From: Eledone cirrhosa
Taxonomy: Eukaryota
NCBI GenBank assembly: GCA_964016885.1
Contig: OZ024741.1
Location: 288,486,001 to 288,550,000, forward strand
Reading direction: 5' to 3'
Length of the DNA stretch: 64,000 bases
In this document: positions 27,900-41,600 of the stretch, piece by piece
How positions within the stretch are numbered: position 1 is the stretch's first letter
How the letters are laid out: each line of letters starts with the position of its first letter
Program-made: the position numbers and the translations under genes
The notes under the pieces: model-generated
What the model saw: the letters and a program-made list of their open reading frames with translations, nothing else
Database searches by the model: none
Told to the model about the DNA's origin: nothing

Positions 27900-30800
27900 C
27901 ATCTTTTCAAAACCCCCATCAAACATTTTCCCTCAAGCTTTTCACTAAATATTTCTTAAATCATTGCATAAAATATTGACAAAATGTTCAGAAATTCTAA
28001 AAAATAAAAAAAAAGTATTTCATTAAAATTGCATTAAAAAATTCTCAAAGTTTTTTCAAAACTGTTTCCGAAAGTTTTCATGTAAAATGTTTCAAAATAA
28101 ATTTCATCAAAATATTCCCCCGAATTTTCATAAAATGTTTTCAAAAACTGTCACCACGATTTTGCAAAATGTTGCATAAAATGCTTTGTAAAACCTTTAT
28201 CGAGATTTTGAAAAATGTTTCATTTCATAAAATGATTGCTAAAACATTCACCTAGATTTTAAAAAAAACTTCCTTAAAAATTCTAGTACAACTTTCTTTA
28301 AACATTCCTGAAAAATAATAGCTAAGATAACAGATAACATTCTCCCAAATTTTTAGAAAATGTTTTATAAATCTTTCAAGATTTTCCCAAAAACTTCATA
28401 AAAAAGTCTAGTAAAACTTTCTTTAATAATTTTCATATAATATGTTTCCTAATATGGCCTCGAAAACTTTCACAGAGACTCGGTAAAATGTTTCATAAAA
28501 TGTTTTCGAAAACTTTCACCGAGATTGTGCCAAAAGCTTTATTAAAAATTCTAGCGAAAAGTTCATGAAAAAGTTTTATGTGAAATGTTTCATAACATGG
28601 TTTCTAAGATTTTCACAGAGATTTTGTTAAATGTTTCATTAAAGGTTTTCTAAAACTTTCACCGATTTTGTGAAAAAAATTAATAAAAAACTCTAGTAAA
28701 ATATTCTTTAAAAATTTATTAAAAACGTTATCAAAATATTTCCCCAAATTTTCATCAAATGGTTTTTAAAACTTTCAACAAGATTTTGCCAAAAAGTTTT
28801 CAGGACATTTTTAAGATATTGCCTAAAACTTCATTAACAATTCTAGCAAAATTTTCTTTAAAAGTTTTCATGTAAAATGTTTCATAATATTCCCTCAAAT
28901 TTTCATGAAATGATTTTTAAATCTTTCATCAATATTTCCCACCTAATTTCATAAAAAACCCTAGCAAAACTTTCTCTAAAGATTTTCATGAAATATGTTT
29001 CCTAATATGGTCTTTAAAACATTCACCGAGATTCGGTAGAATGTTTTATAAAATGTTCTCTAATACTTTCAACGAGATTTTACCAAAACCTTCATTAAAA
29101 ATTCTATCAAAATTTTCTTCAAAATCTTTCATGTAAAATGGATCATAATATGGTTCCTAAAACTTTCACCAAGATTTTGTAATATGTTTCATGAAATGTT
29201 TTTTAAAATTTTCACCAAGATTTTGCCTAAAACTCTATAAAAAATTCTAGTAAAACTTTCTTTAAAGATTTTGATTTAATAATAAGGTTTCTAAAACATA
29301 AAAGCAAGATTTTGTAAAATGTTTCATAAAATGCTTACGAAAAGTTTCAGCAAGATTTTGCCTAAAACTTCATTAAAAATTCTAGTAAACATTTCTTTAA
29401 AAATGTTCACGTAAAATGTTTCATTCCTTTAAATTTTTATAAGATATTTTCTAAACTTTCAGCGAGATTTTGCCAAAAACCTCCTAAAAAATTCTACATG
29501 CCAAAATTTTTAATAGAAACTTTAATTAGTTTATTTATGAAGTCTGTGGCAAAATGTCGGTGAAAGTTTCAGAAAACATTTTATGAAAATTAGGTGGAAT
29601 ATTTTGATGAAAATTTCAGAAAACATTGGCAAAATATCGGTGAAAGTTTCGGAAACTATATATTGAAACATTTTAAAAGAAAGTTTTACTCGAATTTTTA
29701 ATGACATTTTTGACAAAATCTCGGTGAAAGTTTCAGAAAACATTTCATGAAAATTTTTGGGGAATATTTTGATGAAACCGTTAAAATTTTTAATGATAGT
29801 TTTACTAGAGTTTTTTTATGAAGTATTTGGCAAAATAACGGCATATTTTATTAAACATTTTACATGAAAATATTTGAAGAATGTTTTACTAGAATTCTTA
29901 GTGAAGTTTTCGGCAAACTGTCGCTGAAAGTTTTAGAAAATGTCTTATGAAACTTTTACAAAATGTCGGTGACAGTTTTAGAAAACATTTAACGAGCATT
30001 TTGGTGAATATTTTAATGAAATTTATTATGAAATATTTTCCATGAAAATTTTCGGAAACATTTTTGAGAAAACGTTGGGAATTTTTTTAATGCAATTTTA
30101 ATGAAATCGTTTATGACATTTTTCTATGTAGTTTTTGGAAGAATTTATGTTGAATATTTTGTTAATTTTTTGATGAAATTTTGCTGCTAATTTTCTGGAA
30201 AAATGTCTAGAAAATTTCGGTTGAAATCGATGAGGAAATCTTTAAGAATTTATGTAAAAAATTTGCAGGAACGTTTTATGAAACATTTTACAAATTTTGG
30301 TCAAAACGTTTCATGTAAAATGCTTCATAACATTTCCCAAAATTTTCATAACATTTCCCAAAATTTTCACAGAGATTTTGCTTACAACTTCATAATAAAT
30401 TCTTATAAACCCTTCTTTAAAAATTGTCATGTAATATCCTTCATAATATGTTTTCTAAAACTTTCACCGAGATTTTGTAAAATTTTTCATAAAAGGTTTT
30501 TTAAAGATCTGAGTGAGATCTTGCCAAAATTTTCATAAAATATTCTAGTAAAATTGTCTTTAAAACTTTTCATGCAATATGTTTCATGATAAGGTTTCTA
30601 AAACTTTCACCGAGATTTTGTCAAAATGTTTCATAAAATGTTTTCTGGAGGTTTCACCAAAATATCTCCCCAAATTTTTATAAAATATTTTCCGAAACTT
30701 TTACCGGGATTTTGACAAAAACTTCATAAAAAATGATACTGAAAATTTCTTAAAAAAGATTCATGTAATATGTTTTAATATATGGTTTCTAAAACTTACA

Positions 30801-33000
30801 CCGTGATTTTGTGAAATGTTTCAGAACATGTTTTCTAAACGTTTCAGCGGGGTTTTGCCAAAAATTTCATAAACGATTCTAGTAAAACTTTCTTTAAAAT
30901 TTCCCATGTAAAATGTTTCATAATATACATCCAAATTTTCATAAAATACTTTCTACAAGCTTCATCGAGATTTTGCCACAAGCCTCATAAAATATTCTAG
31001 TAAAACTGTCTTTAAAAATATTCATGTAATATATTTCAATATGTGATTTCTAAAACATAAAAGCGAAATTTTGTAAAATGTTTCATAAAATGTTCTCTAA
31101 ACCTTTCAACAAGATTTTGCCAAAACCTTCATAAAAAATCTAGAAAATTTTAATTTTGATTTTCATGACAGATGTCTCATAATATCCAAGCAAAATTTTA
31201 TAAAATGTTTTCTAAATTTCTTACCGAGATTTTGCCAAAAACTTCATAAAAAATTCAAGTAGAACTTATCTTTAAAAATTTTGATAAACATTTTATCAAA
31301 GATTCCTGAGAAAACTTCACAAAAAAATTACCCAGGTTTTCCTCGAAAATTTTTATAAAACTTCTTTATATATTTCTAAACATTTCAAACATATTACAAT
31401 TTTTTCTCGTAATTCTGAAATATTTTCTCACCGATTTCAACAAAGATTTCCTCGAAATAACAGCAAAAATTTCATTGAAATATTCGCAAAATATTCAATA
31501 GAAATTCTTCAGAATATTTTATAGAAAATTTTCATAAAAGTTTTCTAAACGATTTCATTAAAATTGCATTAAAAACATTCCCAAAGTTTTCTCCAAAATG
31601 TTTTCGAAAATTTTCATGCAAAATGTTTCATAATATTCCCAAATTTTCTTGAAATGTTTTCTATAAATATCACCAAGATTTTGCCAAAAACTTCATCAAA
31701 ATTTCTAGTAAAATTTACTTGAAAATTTTTAATAAAAGGTTTATCAAAACGTCATGCAAGAATTCATAAAAAATTGCCAAGATTTTCCGCGAATATTCTA
31801 TAAAAAATCTGTCCATAAAATTTCATTTTAAATTTCAAAGCATTTCTCACAAAATTCCATCAAGCAATTTATTACAATTTTTTCACATAAATTCTTAAAG
31901 ATTTCCTCACTGATCTTAACCACAATTTCCAAAACATTTTCCCAGAAAAATAACAGCAAAAATTTCAGTTAAAAAATTTAGATAACAGGCTTCAGCCGGA
32001 TGGCTGGAACAGGTAAAAGAGTAAAAGAGTAACAGAAATTCTCCTAAAAATTACATAGAAAAATTTCATAAAATGTTTTTAAACGAGTTCATCAAAATTG
32101 CATTAAAAAAATTCCCAACGTTTTCTCCAAAATGTTTCCGAATATTTTCACGTAAAATGTTTTCTAATAAATTTAATTAAAACATTCCCCAAAACTTTCA
32201 TAATATGGTTTCTGAAATTTCACCGAGATTTTGTAATATGTTTCATAAAATGTTTTTTAAACTATCAGGGAGATTTTGCCAAAAGTTTCATACACATTTC
32301 TGGTAAAGTTTTCTTTATATATTTTCATAATCATTCACGGAGATTTTCTTAAAAACTTCATAAACATTTCCAGTAAAACATAAAAAAAAAGTTTTCATGT
32401 AAAATGTTTCATAATATTTTGCCAAATTTTCATGAAATGTTTCCTAAAACTTTCATTGAGATTTTGCCAAAACTTCATAAAAAATTCTAGTGAAATTAAA
32501 AAGATTTTATAGAAATTTTATCACAAATTCCTGCCAGATTTTCATAAATAATTTACCCAGATACTCCTCGAACTCTCTATTAAAAAAAACTCTATATTTC
32601 AAAAAAATTCCTTATAAATTTCCTTGAAGCATTTCCCCTATTTTTTCTTGTATATTCTTAAAGATTTCCTCATAGATTTCAACAAAATTTCCTAAACATT
32701 TTTCCGGAAAAAGAATAGCAAAAATTTCTCAGAGATTTCATCAAGCTTTCCACCAAAATTTTCTAAAAAAATTTCCTCATATTTCAACAAATGTTTTACT
32801 AAAGTTTCATAAATATTTCGTCAAATAATTTATAAAAATTTAATGAAAACATATTTTTCAAATATCTATAAACATTTCATCAAAAATTCTCTCACAAATT
32901 GTATAAGAATTTTTCTCTAATATTTTCCGAGTAATTTGCCAAAATTTTTCCTTAAAAATTCCTTTAAAAATCTTCCCCCAAATTCTATAAAATGTATATA
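27900..33000. repeat. AT-rich degenerate satellite-like array with an inverted internal block (about 29500-30300)
   Basis: Recurring aaaactttcaccgagattttgccaaaaacttcataaaaaattctagtaaaac. Higher-order marker aaaattgcattaaaaa at about 28025, 31560 and 32094, reversed at about 30085. Confidence 0.85.
31989..32029 (+). mobile_element. 5'-truncated young SINE/LINE 3' tail (also about 10322-10354 minus, 21901-21958 minus, 33105-33163 plus, 42491-42551 plus)
   Basis: cagccggatggctggaacaggtaaaagagtaaaagag; this copy has TSD TAACAG at 31983-31988 and 32030-32035. Confidence 0.85.
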
Positions 33001-34071
33001 GGATTTCACTGTTTTGAAGCTAATTCTTGGCCGAAAATATTGAATCATACTCAAATTGTACAAATTCGGGTGCGTTAAAAAGTGTGATTAAAAAACAATA
33101 CAAATGGTGCCCCACCATGGTCTCAGCCGGATGGCTGGAACAGGTAAAAGAGTAAAAGAGTAAATAACATAATTATTCGATTTTAATTACGTTTTCACGT
33201 GGACAAAATAAGCATCTATAGCTATTAATTTATTTAATGAATTTAGTTTACTTATAAATACTGGACACAATTAATCATACTAAAGATCAGTTCATATCAA
33301 AATGCGTTTTTGAAAAAAATAGTATAGCAATTTTTTTCTACATGTATGTAAATATTTTGTATTGTTTGTGTTTCTCTTCCAAATAGCTATCTTCCGTTAG
33401 ATACTGTTGATGAACTGGGAAGAATAGTCCTGTCTTCATAGCATCAGAAACTATGATGAATCCCAGAAGACAGCCGATGAGCTAGAATTGTCTGTGTCCG
33501 TTTATTTTGAATTCTCTGTACCCTTTATTTGTCTCACGTATTATTTTTATTGATGTTATCATTGTAACCGACACAATCTAATTTTAAATATTGACTATAT
33601 ATACGATATATAGAGAGAGATTGGGTGATTCAGTATATTCGTGGTTTACTGAGGAAGGTAACAACATCAGCACTTTTGCTTGATTAAGAAGTCCGAGGAG
33701 CAAATAGGGTCTATAACATTAATATTGATCCTGAGCCACCCATCTATGAAACGTTCGTAATTGAACCTAATCAAGTAAAACGTCAATGTGAAACCTCGTT
33801 TTTCTTCTGAGCTTCGTACGGACGTATAATAACACACAGACACACACATACGTGCACAAGTATAGCTCTTTTTACAAAACGGTGTTTTTTTCCATTTCAG
33901 GTAGAGGCGCTCCATCATCCACTTTTCTAAAAAAATAAATCAGACACAAAACGCCAGCACCAACAGTTTTCCAAAAGATGTCAACATGAATAGACCTGTT
34001 ATTTTTATCTAAAGACATTTTTTCTAATTCCAGCCTGCCCGTCGCCTCAATCTATCTTATTTCTCATTCTT

Positions 34072-34107
34072 TCTTCTGATGAAGGGCTAGTGTCCGAAAC
34101 GTCAAGA
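34072..34107 (+). ncRNA. Minimal type-I hammerhead in a Penelope-like remnant (about 33900-34170)
   Basis: UCUU-CUGAUGA-A-GGGC[UAGU]GUCC-GAAA-CGUC/AAGA, followed by aagcgttaacctaat resembling the 49.2-kb copy. Confidence 0.8.
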
Positions 34108-34189
34108 CCCTCTTCCTGCTATTTCAAGCGTTAACCTAATATATTCCTTCCATATACTATACCGATTGTGTTGTTATTTCTGTTTACCT

Positions 34190-34221
<32 letters not shown>

Positions 34222-34230
34222 CATGCATGC

Positions 34231-34344
<114 letters not shown>

Positions 34345-34345
34345 A

Positions 34346-35241
34346 CGAGGTGGGTCAGAAAAGTTCCAGGGCTGATGTAACAAAAGATTTATTTCAAACC
34401 CAAACTTCGCACTAAGAGTTTTCTCCTTCAAAGTATTCCCACTGGAGTCTAATGCACTTTTCCATCCTTTTCTGCCACGCTTGCATGCACTCCTGGAAGG
34501 ATTCTTCCGGGATCCTAGACAGTTCCGTCGTCACAGCCTTTTTGATGTCGTCCATGTCTTCAAAACGGGTCCCCTCCGGGTAATACTCGAAGATCCACGA
34601 CTCATCACCGGTGATAACTGTTCCTAGCAAGTCTGGTTCGGTTTCAAGACGCTCGAGGATGTCCTGGCACACTTGCATGCGTCGACCCTTCTGGTCATCG
34701 TTCAGCAGTTTTGGCACCATCTTCGCGCAGACTTTCCGCATGTCCATATCTTCAGTGAGAATCTTCCAGACGCTGTCCCGATTCATGCCCAGCTCATTTG
34801 CCATCAGTCGAACAGTCAGCCGACGATCGCTACGCACCATCTGCCTGACGCGCTCAACGTTGACCTCGGTCCTGGTTGTTGAGGGCCTTCCGCTCCTGGG
34901 GTCATCTTCCACGTCCTCGCGTCCTTCTTTAAACCTCTTGCACCACTCAAAGACACGTGAGTGTGACATCGTCTCATCTCCATACACTTGCTGCAGCAAT
35001 CCCAGTGTTTCTGACGGAGTTTTCAAGTTTGTTCGTTGCTCTGTGCTCATTGCTTGACGACCTGAAACAGAGGACATGTATATAAAATTATGAAGAAAAA
35101 AGTTTGATCACTGCAGAGAGCTAAGATTACAGTTACATACTCCAGAGGGATTACTTTGAAGGAGAAAACTCTTAGTGTGAAGTTTGGGATTGAAATAAAT
35201 CTTTTGTGACATCAGTCCTGGAACTTTTCTGACACACTTTG
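34346..35241 (-). mobile_element. Mariner transposon, internally deleted, with about 110-bp extended inverted ends
   Basis: TA flanks; ends cgaggtgggtcagaaaagttccagg / cctggaacttttctgacacactttg. Confidence 0.92.
34412..35077 (-). pseudogene. Mariner transposase with in-frame deletions
   Basis: HTH region (VFEWCKRFKEGREDVEDDPRSGRP), MVPKLL (WVPHEL equivalent), ITGDESW and C-terminal YFEG; the central catalytic segment is missing. Confidence 0.9.
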
Positions 35242-35706
35242 TATATAAATATGGACGTAGAATGCACATGTATACATATGTATGTATATATGTATGTATG
35301 TGTGTGTGTGTACAAACGAAAGAAATGAGTACCCAATGCACTAATTTATAGTGGGCACTTGGTGAATAACATGGCCATTTCTCGAAGTCTAATCTAATCT
35401 AATCCTCTAAAAGTCCACAATATACAAGATTAGACACGTGGTATTGTTCCTATGAAATTCCACGTGTTGTGTTGTTTTCGATCTCTGTCGGTTCCGATGA
35501 TGGGTGCTCCAGTTGCTTGAACAACAGAAGGTACTGCTCCTAAAATTAACCAACAATTGGTTGCCTATTTAACAGACATGTGCACCGTTCACAGTTCTTT
35601 GCGAGATTTAACATGACGAGATTGGCTTTTCGAATTGCAGGTACAACTCAAATTTTCCTGAGTGGACTAGAGCAACATGAAATAAAGTGTCCTGCTCAAG
35701 GACGTA

Positions 35707-35909
35707 CCGTACATACTCGAATGTAAAGCGAGGAATATGTGACCAAAATATCAATGGTAGAAGGGCGTCGGCTTATATTCGGGGGTGGGGTGGTGGTCAA
35801 TATTTTGACTGTTTTTACCTACTTCAAATTCTACGTAAATAACGTTTGGGGTTTTGCCCATTTCTTAAACATAAAATAGTGTGATTGACTTATATTCGAG
35901 TATATACTG
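35707..35909. mobile_element. Tc1/mariner-pogo-type MITE inserted into a SINE
   Basis: TIRs ccgtacatactcgaatgtaa / ttatattcgagtatatactg with TA on both sides; it splits the SINE at 35480-35965. Confidence 0.75.
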
Positions 35910-36383
35910 TAACTTACTACAGGGAATGGAACACATGACCTTACGATCGTGAACCGAACACCAACTAAATTAATAAAACAAAAACTTGGCATTAACAGTA
36001 ATACCACATTTGTTGCTGTGATAATATGTGTAGTTATTCGTGTTGAAGTGATCGGTCAAATCAGAGATTTGATAAGCGATAAAACGTGTTTTATAATGCA
36101 ACATACAGTGACACAAGCGCTGTAGATGGAAATTACATCAGACAAAGCATATCCTTTAACAAGAACATTGAACAAACCACGTTAGTCTTAAAAGAGAAAA
36201 AAAAAAAACCTCGGAAAATTCAGACAATGATTAATATACCAAATAACATAAGATAAGAATATATGATATCTGATGTATGTATGTATGTATGTCCGTTTGT
36301 GCGTATGTATGCACGTGCGTATTGTGCGTATGTTTATATGTGTGCGCATGTATGCATGTATGTATTTTACATGTATGTATGCA

Positions 36384-36423
<40 letters not shown>

Positions 36424-36438
36424 TGCATACATACATGT

Positions 36439-36530
<92 letters not shown>

Positions 36531-36569
36531 AAGAGAGAATAATGTCGTATATACATACACATATAGATG

Positions 36570-36602
<33 letters not shown>

Positions 36603-36846
36603 CTATCTACCTATCTATCTATCTATCTATCTATATATCTATCTTGATAGAGTAAGACACGCTTCGCATCGGCTCCGCTATTCCATCGGGATTTACCCTT
36701 ACTATTGTAAGTACCGGATAAATTTTTTAGTGCAACACATTTGGAACACTAATCCCTGTTATTTAGGGAAACATTTTTGCATTTACCCCCTTTTTAGGGG
36801 GTAAAATAAATATCTATTTTTGCCGAAAAATTTCTTTCTTGGCAGC

Positions 36847-38678
36847 ATGGCGGAAAAGATGGCAGACATGTCTGCCATTAGCTCTGCCACGCCCCCCAAG
36901 TCTGAAGAACAAAAAATAATTACAACAAAATTAGACATTGAAACAAACAAACAAAATGAAAAAACAAATGTTAAGGAAAATGAGCAAACAGAAAACAAAC
37001 AAACAGAAAATAATACAAATAACGACAGGGCAACTTTCGCCCAGAAAACAAAACAATCCATTACATACACACCAATTGACCTAACTGCCGCCAGAGAAAA
37101 ACTGGCCGAAGCAAAGAAACACATTGTTTTGGGGGAGAACGGAATGTTTTCCATTAACTCCCCCCCAGAATTCAAGAAAGCCAGAGCAGAAAACAGAGTT
37201 CTCTACAGAACTATACTGAACCAGACAAGAAAGCCAGCACAGCCCAGCCAAATGGAAATAGAGTTAGTCCTAAAAGACTATATGAAGAATATTCTCTTCA
37301 TACGAAAGGACCGACTCTATGGCAGCATTTCGGTCCTAACAAGAGACAAAGAAACGGCGGAGAAGCTTTCCCTAAGCCCACTCTCGTCGACAACATATAG
37401 CTTCTATCCCTCCTACATGGGTAGAAGAACACAGAGAGTAAAAGTAAAAACAATGCTGCCCACAATGGACTTCTGGTGGGCTATTGCTGGCTTCATTGAT
37501 ATGGGCGAAGACACAATGCTGTCAATGGGGAAGGCAACTGGAGATGCGTTCCTGGGAATGGGCCTCGACATACTAGTCCAAATGAGGCCCGAAAGAATAG
37601 CACAAATCCCGGATCGCATCTGGCTGGATGACCTTACCCCAATAGACATAATTGTAGAGGGGAGAAGACCAGCATGCTATTTATGCATGGAAAGGGGACA
37701 CGTTAAGGCTAACTGCCCGAAACGTATCCCCCAAAAAGGACTATTGCCCACACCCACCACAAACAGTACACCAACACCACCCACCTCCAAAAATACACTA
37801 ATACCACACACAGCAAACAAAATACAGACACCACCAACCACAAACACAACACAAACATCACCACCACCAGCACCAAACACAAGCACGACACAAAAATCAC
37901 CACCACCAACCACAACACAAACATCACCACCACCATCACCAACCACAAGCACGACACAAACATTACCACCACCACCACAAAACCCATTCCAAACAAATAA
38001 TAAAAAAAACAGTAACAAATCTACCCCTCCCGCAAAAAAAAAACAACCACACAACACGTCCCTCCCACCTAGCGCTGAAGAGTTTCCCCCAACTTCTGAA
38101 GAAGAAGGAGGAGAAGCCTTCAGACAAGTTAAAAGAAAAAAAAGAAAACACACACCCAGCACACCACAAATAACCCACACACAAACACCAACTCCAATCA
38201 AAAACACCCCACCCTCAACAAACAAAAATAAATCTGCGCCTCCCCTCTCCGAAACATTGACAGCATCACAAAAAAAGACGTTGCAATACACATATATAAA
38301 TAAAGAAAACAAAAAACTGGTTAAATTAATAAACAATAACCCTATGGTGCAGACCGAAGGGCCAAACTTTATCTCAACAGAGAACTTCACCCATTTAAAA
38401 ATGATAAAGGTCCCTCTGGACCTTTATCGTTCCTTAAAAGAACAATTTAGACGGGACGTGAGCCCCCCCTGTTTAAAACCGTTGAATCGCGTCCTCTTGA
38501 AAGATTTCCCATAACCGCCCCTCTCCCTGACACAACTCCAAATACCCCAACCCCACCACACACGTGTACCCCCACACCACCACAAAACATCCCTCCACCC
38601 AACACACCTGATGCCATGGAAATTACACAACCCGGAGAGGTAAGTGCTTTTCTTTCTTCACTTTCAACACCAAAATAG
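36847..38678 (+). CDS. LINE ORF1 (gag-like; CX2CX4HX4C knuckle, Pro/Thr-rich tail); probable 1-nt frameshift at about 38510
   Basis: CYLCMERGHVKANC. The open frame stops at 38514, but the adjacent frame continues ...PDAMEITQPGE, homologous to the copy-2 ORF1 end. Confidence 0.8.
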
Positions 38679-38683
38679 ATCAA

Positions 38684-41600
38684 TTGAGAGTTGGCTGTTT
38701 GAACGCGCGTGGCCTGGGCTCAGCTTGGAAGCAAGCAAAGCTTCTAAGTGACCTCAGGTCACAAAGTATAGATGTGATGGTTGTTTGCGAGAGTCGGATC
38801 AGCAGCGTGAGACAGCTGGCGCCCGCCTTCGATGACTTTGAGATGCACGCATCTCTCTGTCAACCCGGAGGCGGGGGGGGGGGGGGAGTTGCCGTACTGC
38901 TGGATAAACGTCTGACTCTCGACGTACAGATTGTTCACTCGGACCCGGGGGTCGATTACTGGTGCTGGACGTCGGAGGCGGTGAAGGCGGGGCTTTCAGA
39001 CTGGTCGGTCTTTATGCTCCCTTCGGGGCGGAAAGAGCCGACTTCTTCCAGCGTCTGGAGACTTTTCTAGGAACGTCGCGTTCCCTGCTTTTAGTGGGGG
39101 ACTGGAATGGAATCCTAGATGCGCGTTGGGACTATGCAGGGGCATGTCCCGATAGAGGGGGGTGTAGCAGCCTCAAGGGGTTACTCGATCGATTCGACCT
39201 GGTCGATAGATTTCGACTAGATTGTCCAACTGCGCCAACCTGGACCTGGGCAAACCGCAGTGGACAATCTAGATCGTACCTAGATAGGTTTTTGGTTAGG
39301 AGTAAGGATAGGGACGTATTTAGTTGTCCAGAACTGATCATGGTTGGCTATTCAGATCACAAATTAGTGACCTGCGTGGTCAACCTTGATAGAACGCATA
39401 GACAGGGTCCCGGTTACTGGAAGATGAACTTGTCCTTACCGACAAAGAAAGATTACAGAAACCGGATTAGTAGCTTAGTTAAGATGCGGTTGACGGGAGC
39501 GATCGTCAACAGTAGGTGGTGGATATCTCTAAAGAGAGAGATTAGAGTAAGTTCGATAGGTTACAGTAAGGAACTAGCGGCGAATAGAAATAGGAGGGAA
39601 AGGGAGTTAACAGATAAACTAGAAGAGGCGATTAGGAGCGGAGACGTAGCCAGAGTGTTAGCGACGAGAACGGCATTGAGCCAGTTCTTTGACGCGAAGC
39701 ACGAAGGCTGCGTTGTCCGAAGTAAAATACGTGCTTTAGGAAACGAGGGGACCAAAGCTGTTAGCTGGGCCCGCGTGACAGAAGCGAAGAGTGGGATTAA
39801 ATCCACCATTCGGTCTTTGCGAGACCAGGATGGACGGGTGATCCTTGAACCTGAGCGAATGTGCGAGACCTTTCAAAGGCACTTTGCTCGACTGTTCGGA
39901 GGTGGCGGGGGGCCGGACGGGGATGTGGACTTCGGTCCATACCTCGACGGTCTACCGCGTCTTTCGAGCGGCGAAGCGGAGTGCTGCGAAAGGCCAATCA
40001 CAGCCACTGAAATCGGGGAAGCGCTCAGCCAATGCAGCAGACGCAAATCCCCGGGTCTCGATGGTCTACCATACGAACTTTATTTAGCTATGCCGGTCTT
40101 GTTCTCCGAACTCCTCGAGGCTGTCTATTGCAACTGGCAACAGAACGGGAGAATTCCCTGTTCTGTGACCAAGGGCGTGGTCACGCTAGTGAGGAAGGAC
40201 GAGAGCAAGGGGGGCGACTTAAGTAACTTTAGGCCCATAACTCTGCTGAATGCAGAGTTACAGATTTTGGCCAAGGTGTTGGCGAAGAGGTTGGCGCTTG
40301 TGGTGGGTGGTTTGGTGGGAGACGCGCAGACATGCGCTATCCCGTCCAGGTCCATTCACGACAACCTCCACCTCATGCGATACATCATAGAGAGGGTTGG
40401 CTACGAACCCGGCTTTGGTGGGGCCCTGATCAACTTGGATCAATCTAAGGCGTTCGATAGGGTCGACCATGGTTACCTGGATGCGGTGCTAGCGGCGGCG
40501 GGCTTCGGACCCGTTTTCAGGGGCTGGATTTCTGCCATGCACAGTGGCAACATCTACTCTAGGATTAAAGTAAACGGCTACCTCTCGGAGCCGTTTCAAA
40601 TCACCCGATCCATCAGACAGGGGTGCCCCCTCTCCTCCCTTCTGTACGTATTGACTCTCGAGCCACTGCTGCGGAAGTTGGAGTTGCTGCGGGGCATACC
40701 CCTGGAACCGGGATTGCACAAAGCGGTCTCGGCCTATGCCGACGACGTAACAGTAATGGTGGCGGACGCCTCGGAAATCGGGGCGATCGCCACCCTACTG
40801 GAGGAATACGAAAGGCTGACGGGGGCTAAGCTGAACCAGGACAAGTCAGTCGGTTTGCAACTCGGAACGTGGAGGGGCAAACCGATGCCGTTAGACGGTG
40901 TCGTCGGGCGGTGGACGGAGGGCCCGGTGAAGCTGCTCGGGGTCCGGTTCGGACCGGACCTCCAGGTGGAGAAGAATTGGGGCGAGGTGACGAGCAGGGT
41001 GTTTGCGCTGACCCAGAAGTGGGCCAAGTGCAAACTATCACTGAAAGGTCGGGCGGAGGTGACGAACGCTTACATAGCGTCCGTCATCTACTACCGCCTG
41101 ACCGTCGTGCCTTGCCCCAAGGAAAAGCTCACCATCATGGAACGCATGCTCTTCCAGTTCCTCTGGAAGAAGCGGCCTCCCATGGTGAGGAGATCCATCT
41201 GCTGCCAGCACCCTTCGAAAGGAGGGCTGGGTATGCCGTGGCTGTTGATGCGTAGGCACGCATTGAGGCTACGGCATCTACAGGTGTTCCTCAACGGTCA
41301 GCCGGTGTGGGCCCCGTTTGTGAGGCGAGCCTTCCCACAGCTCGTCTCGCTCACCGAACTGCAATCCTGGGTGAAGCAAAGACCGAGAAAACTGGGCAAC
41401 TGGCACACTGAGTGTGCCCAGGCGCTCACGGCTATCTGGCAAGCGGACCCGACTGTCAGTGGAGAATCCACCTCGACATTCTATAGAGGGTTGGTGGCTA
41501 GCAGGGGCGACGACACCCTTGGAGAGTCGCTAGGCATGGAGGAGGACGAACTGGCCAGCCTGTTCGGTAGAACTTTCGGCCCGGGACCCATGGACAACTT

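Noticed and set aside
33440-33500. Additional hammerheads here and at about 5560-5595 and 51708-51740
   Set aside because: Core nucleotides are too degraded (CCGAUGA/GAAU, CUAAGAG, CCGAAGA without GAAA) to call.
37677-38390. 237-aa antisense ORF in LINE ORF1
   Set aside because: It is the shadow of the A/C-rich Pro/Thr region; other antisense ORFs in the LINEs are likewise by-products of coding bias.
38640-38678. Mini-intron joining the ATG at 38616 to ORF2 via aaatag
   Set aside because: It is only 39 nt and yields ATC AAT TGA, out of frame with ORF2.
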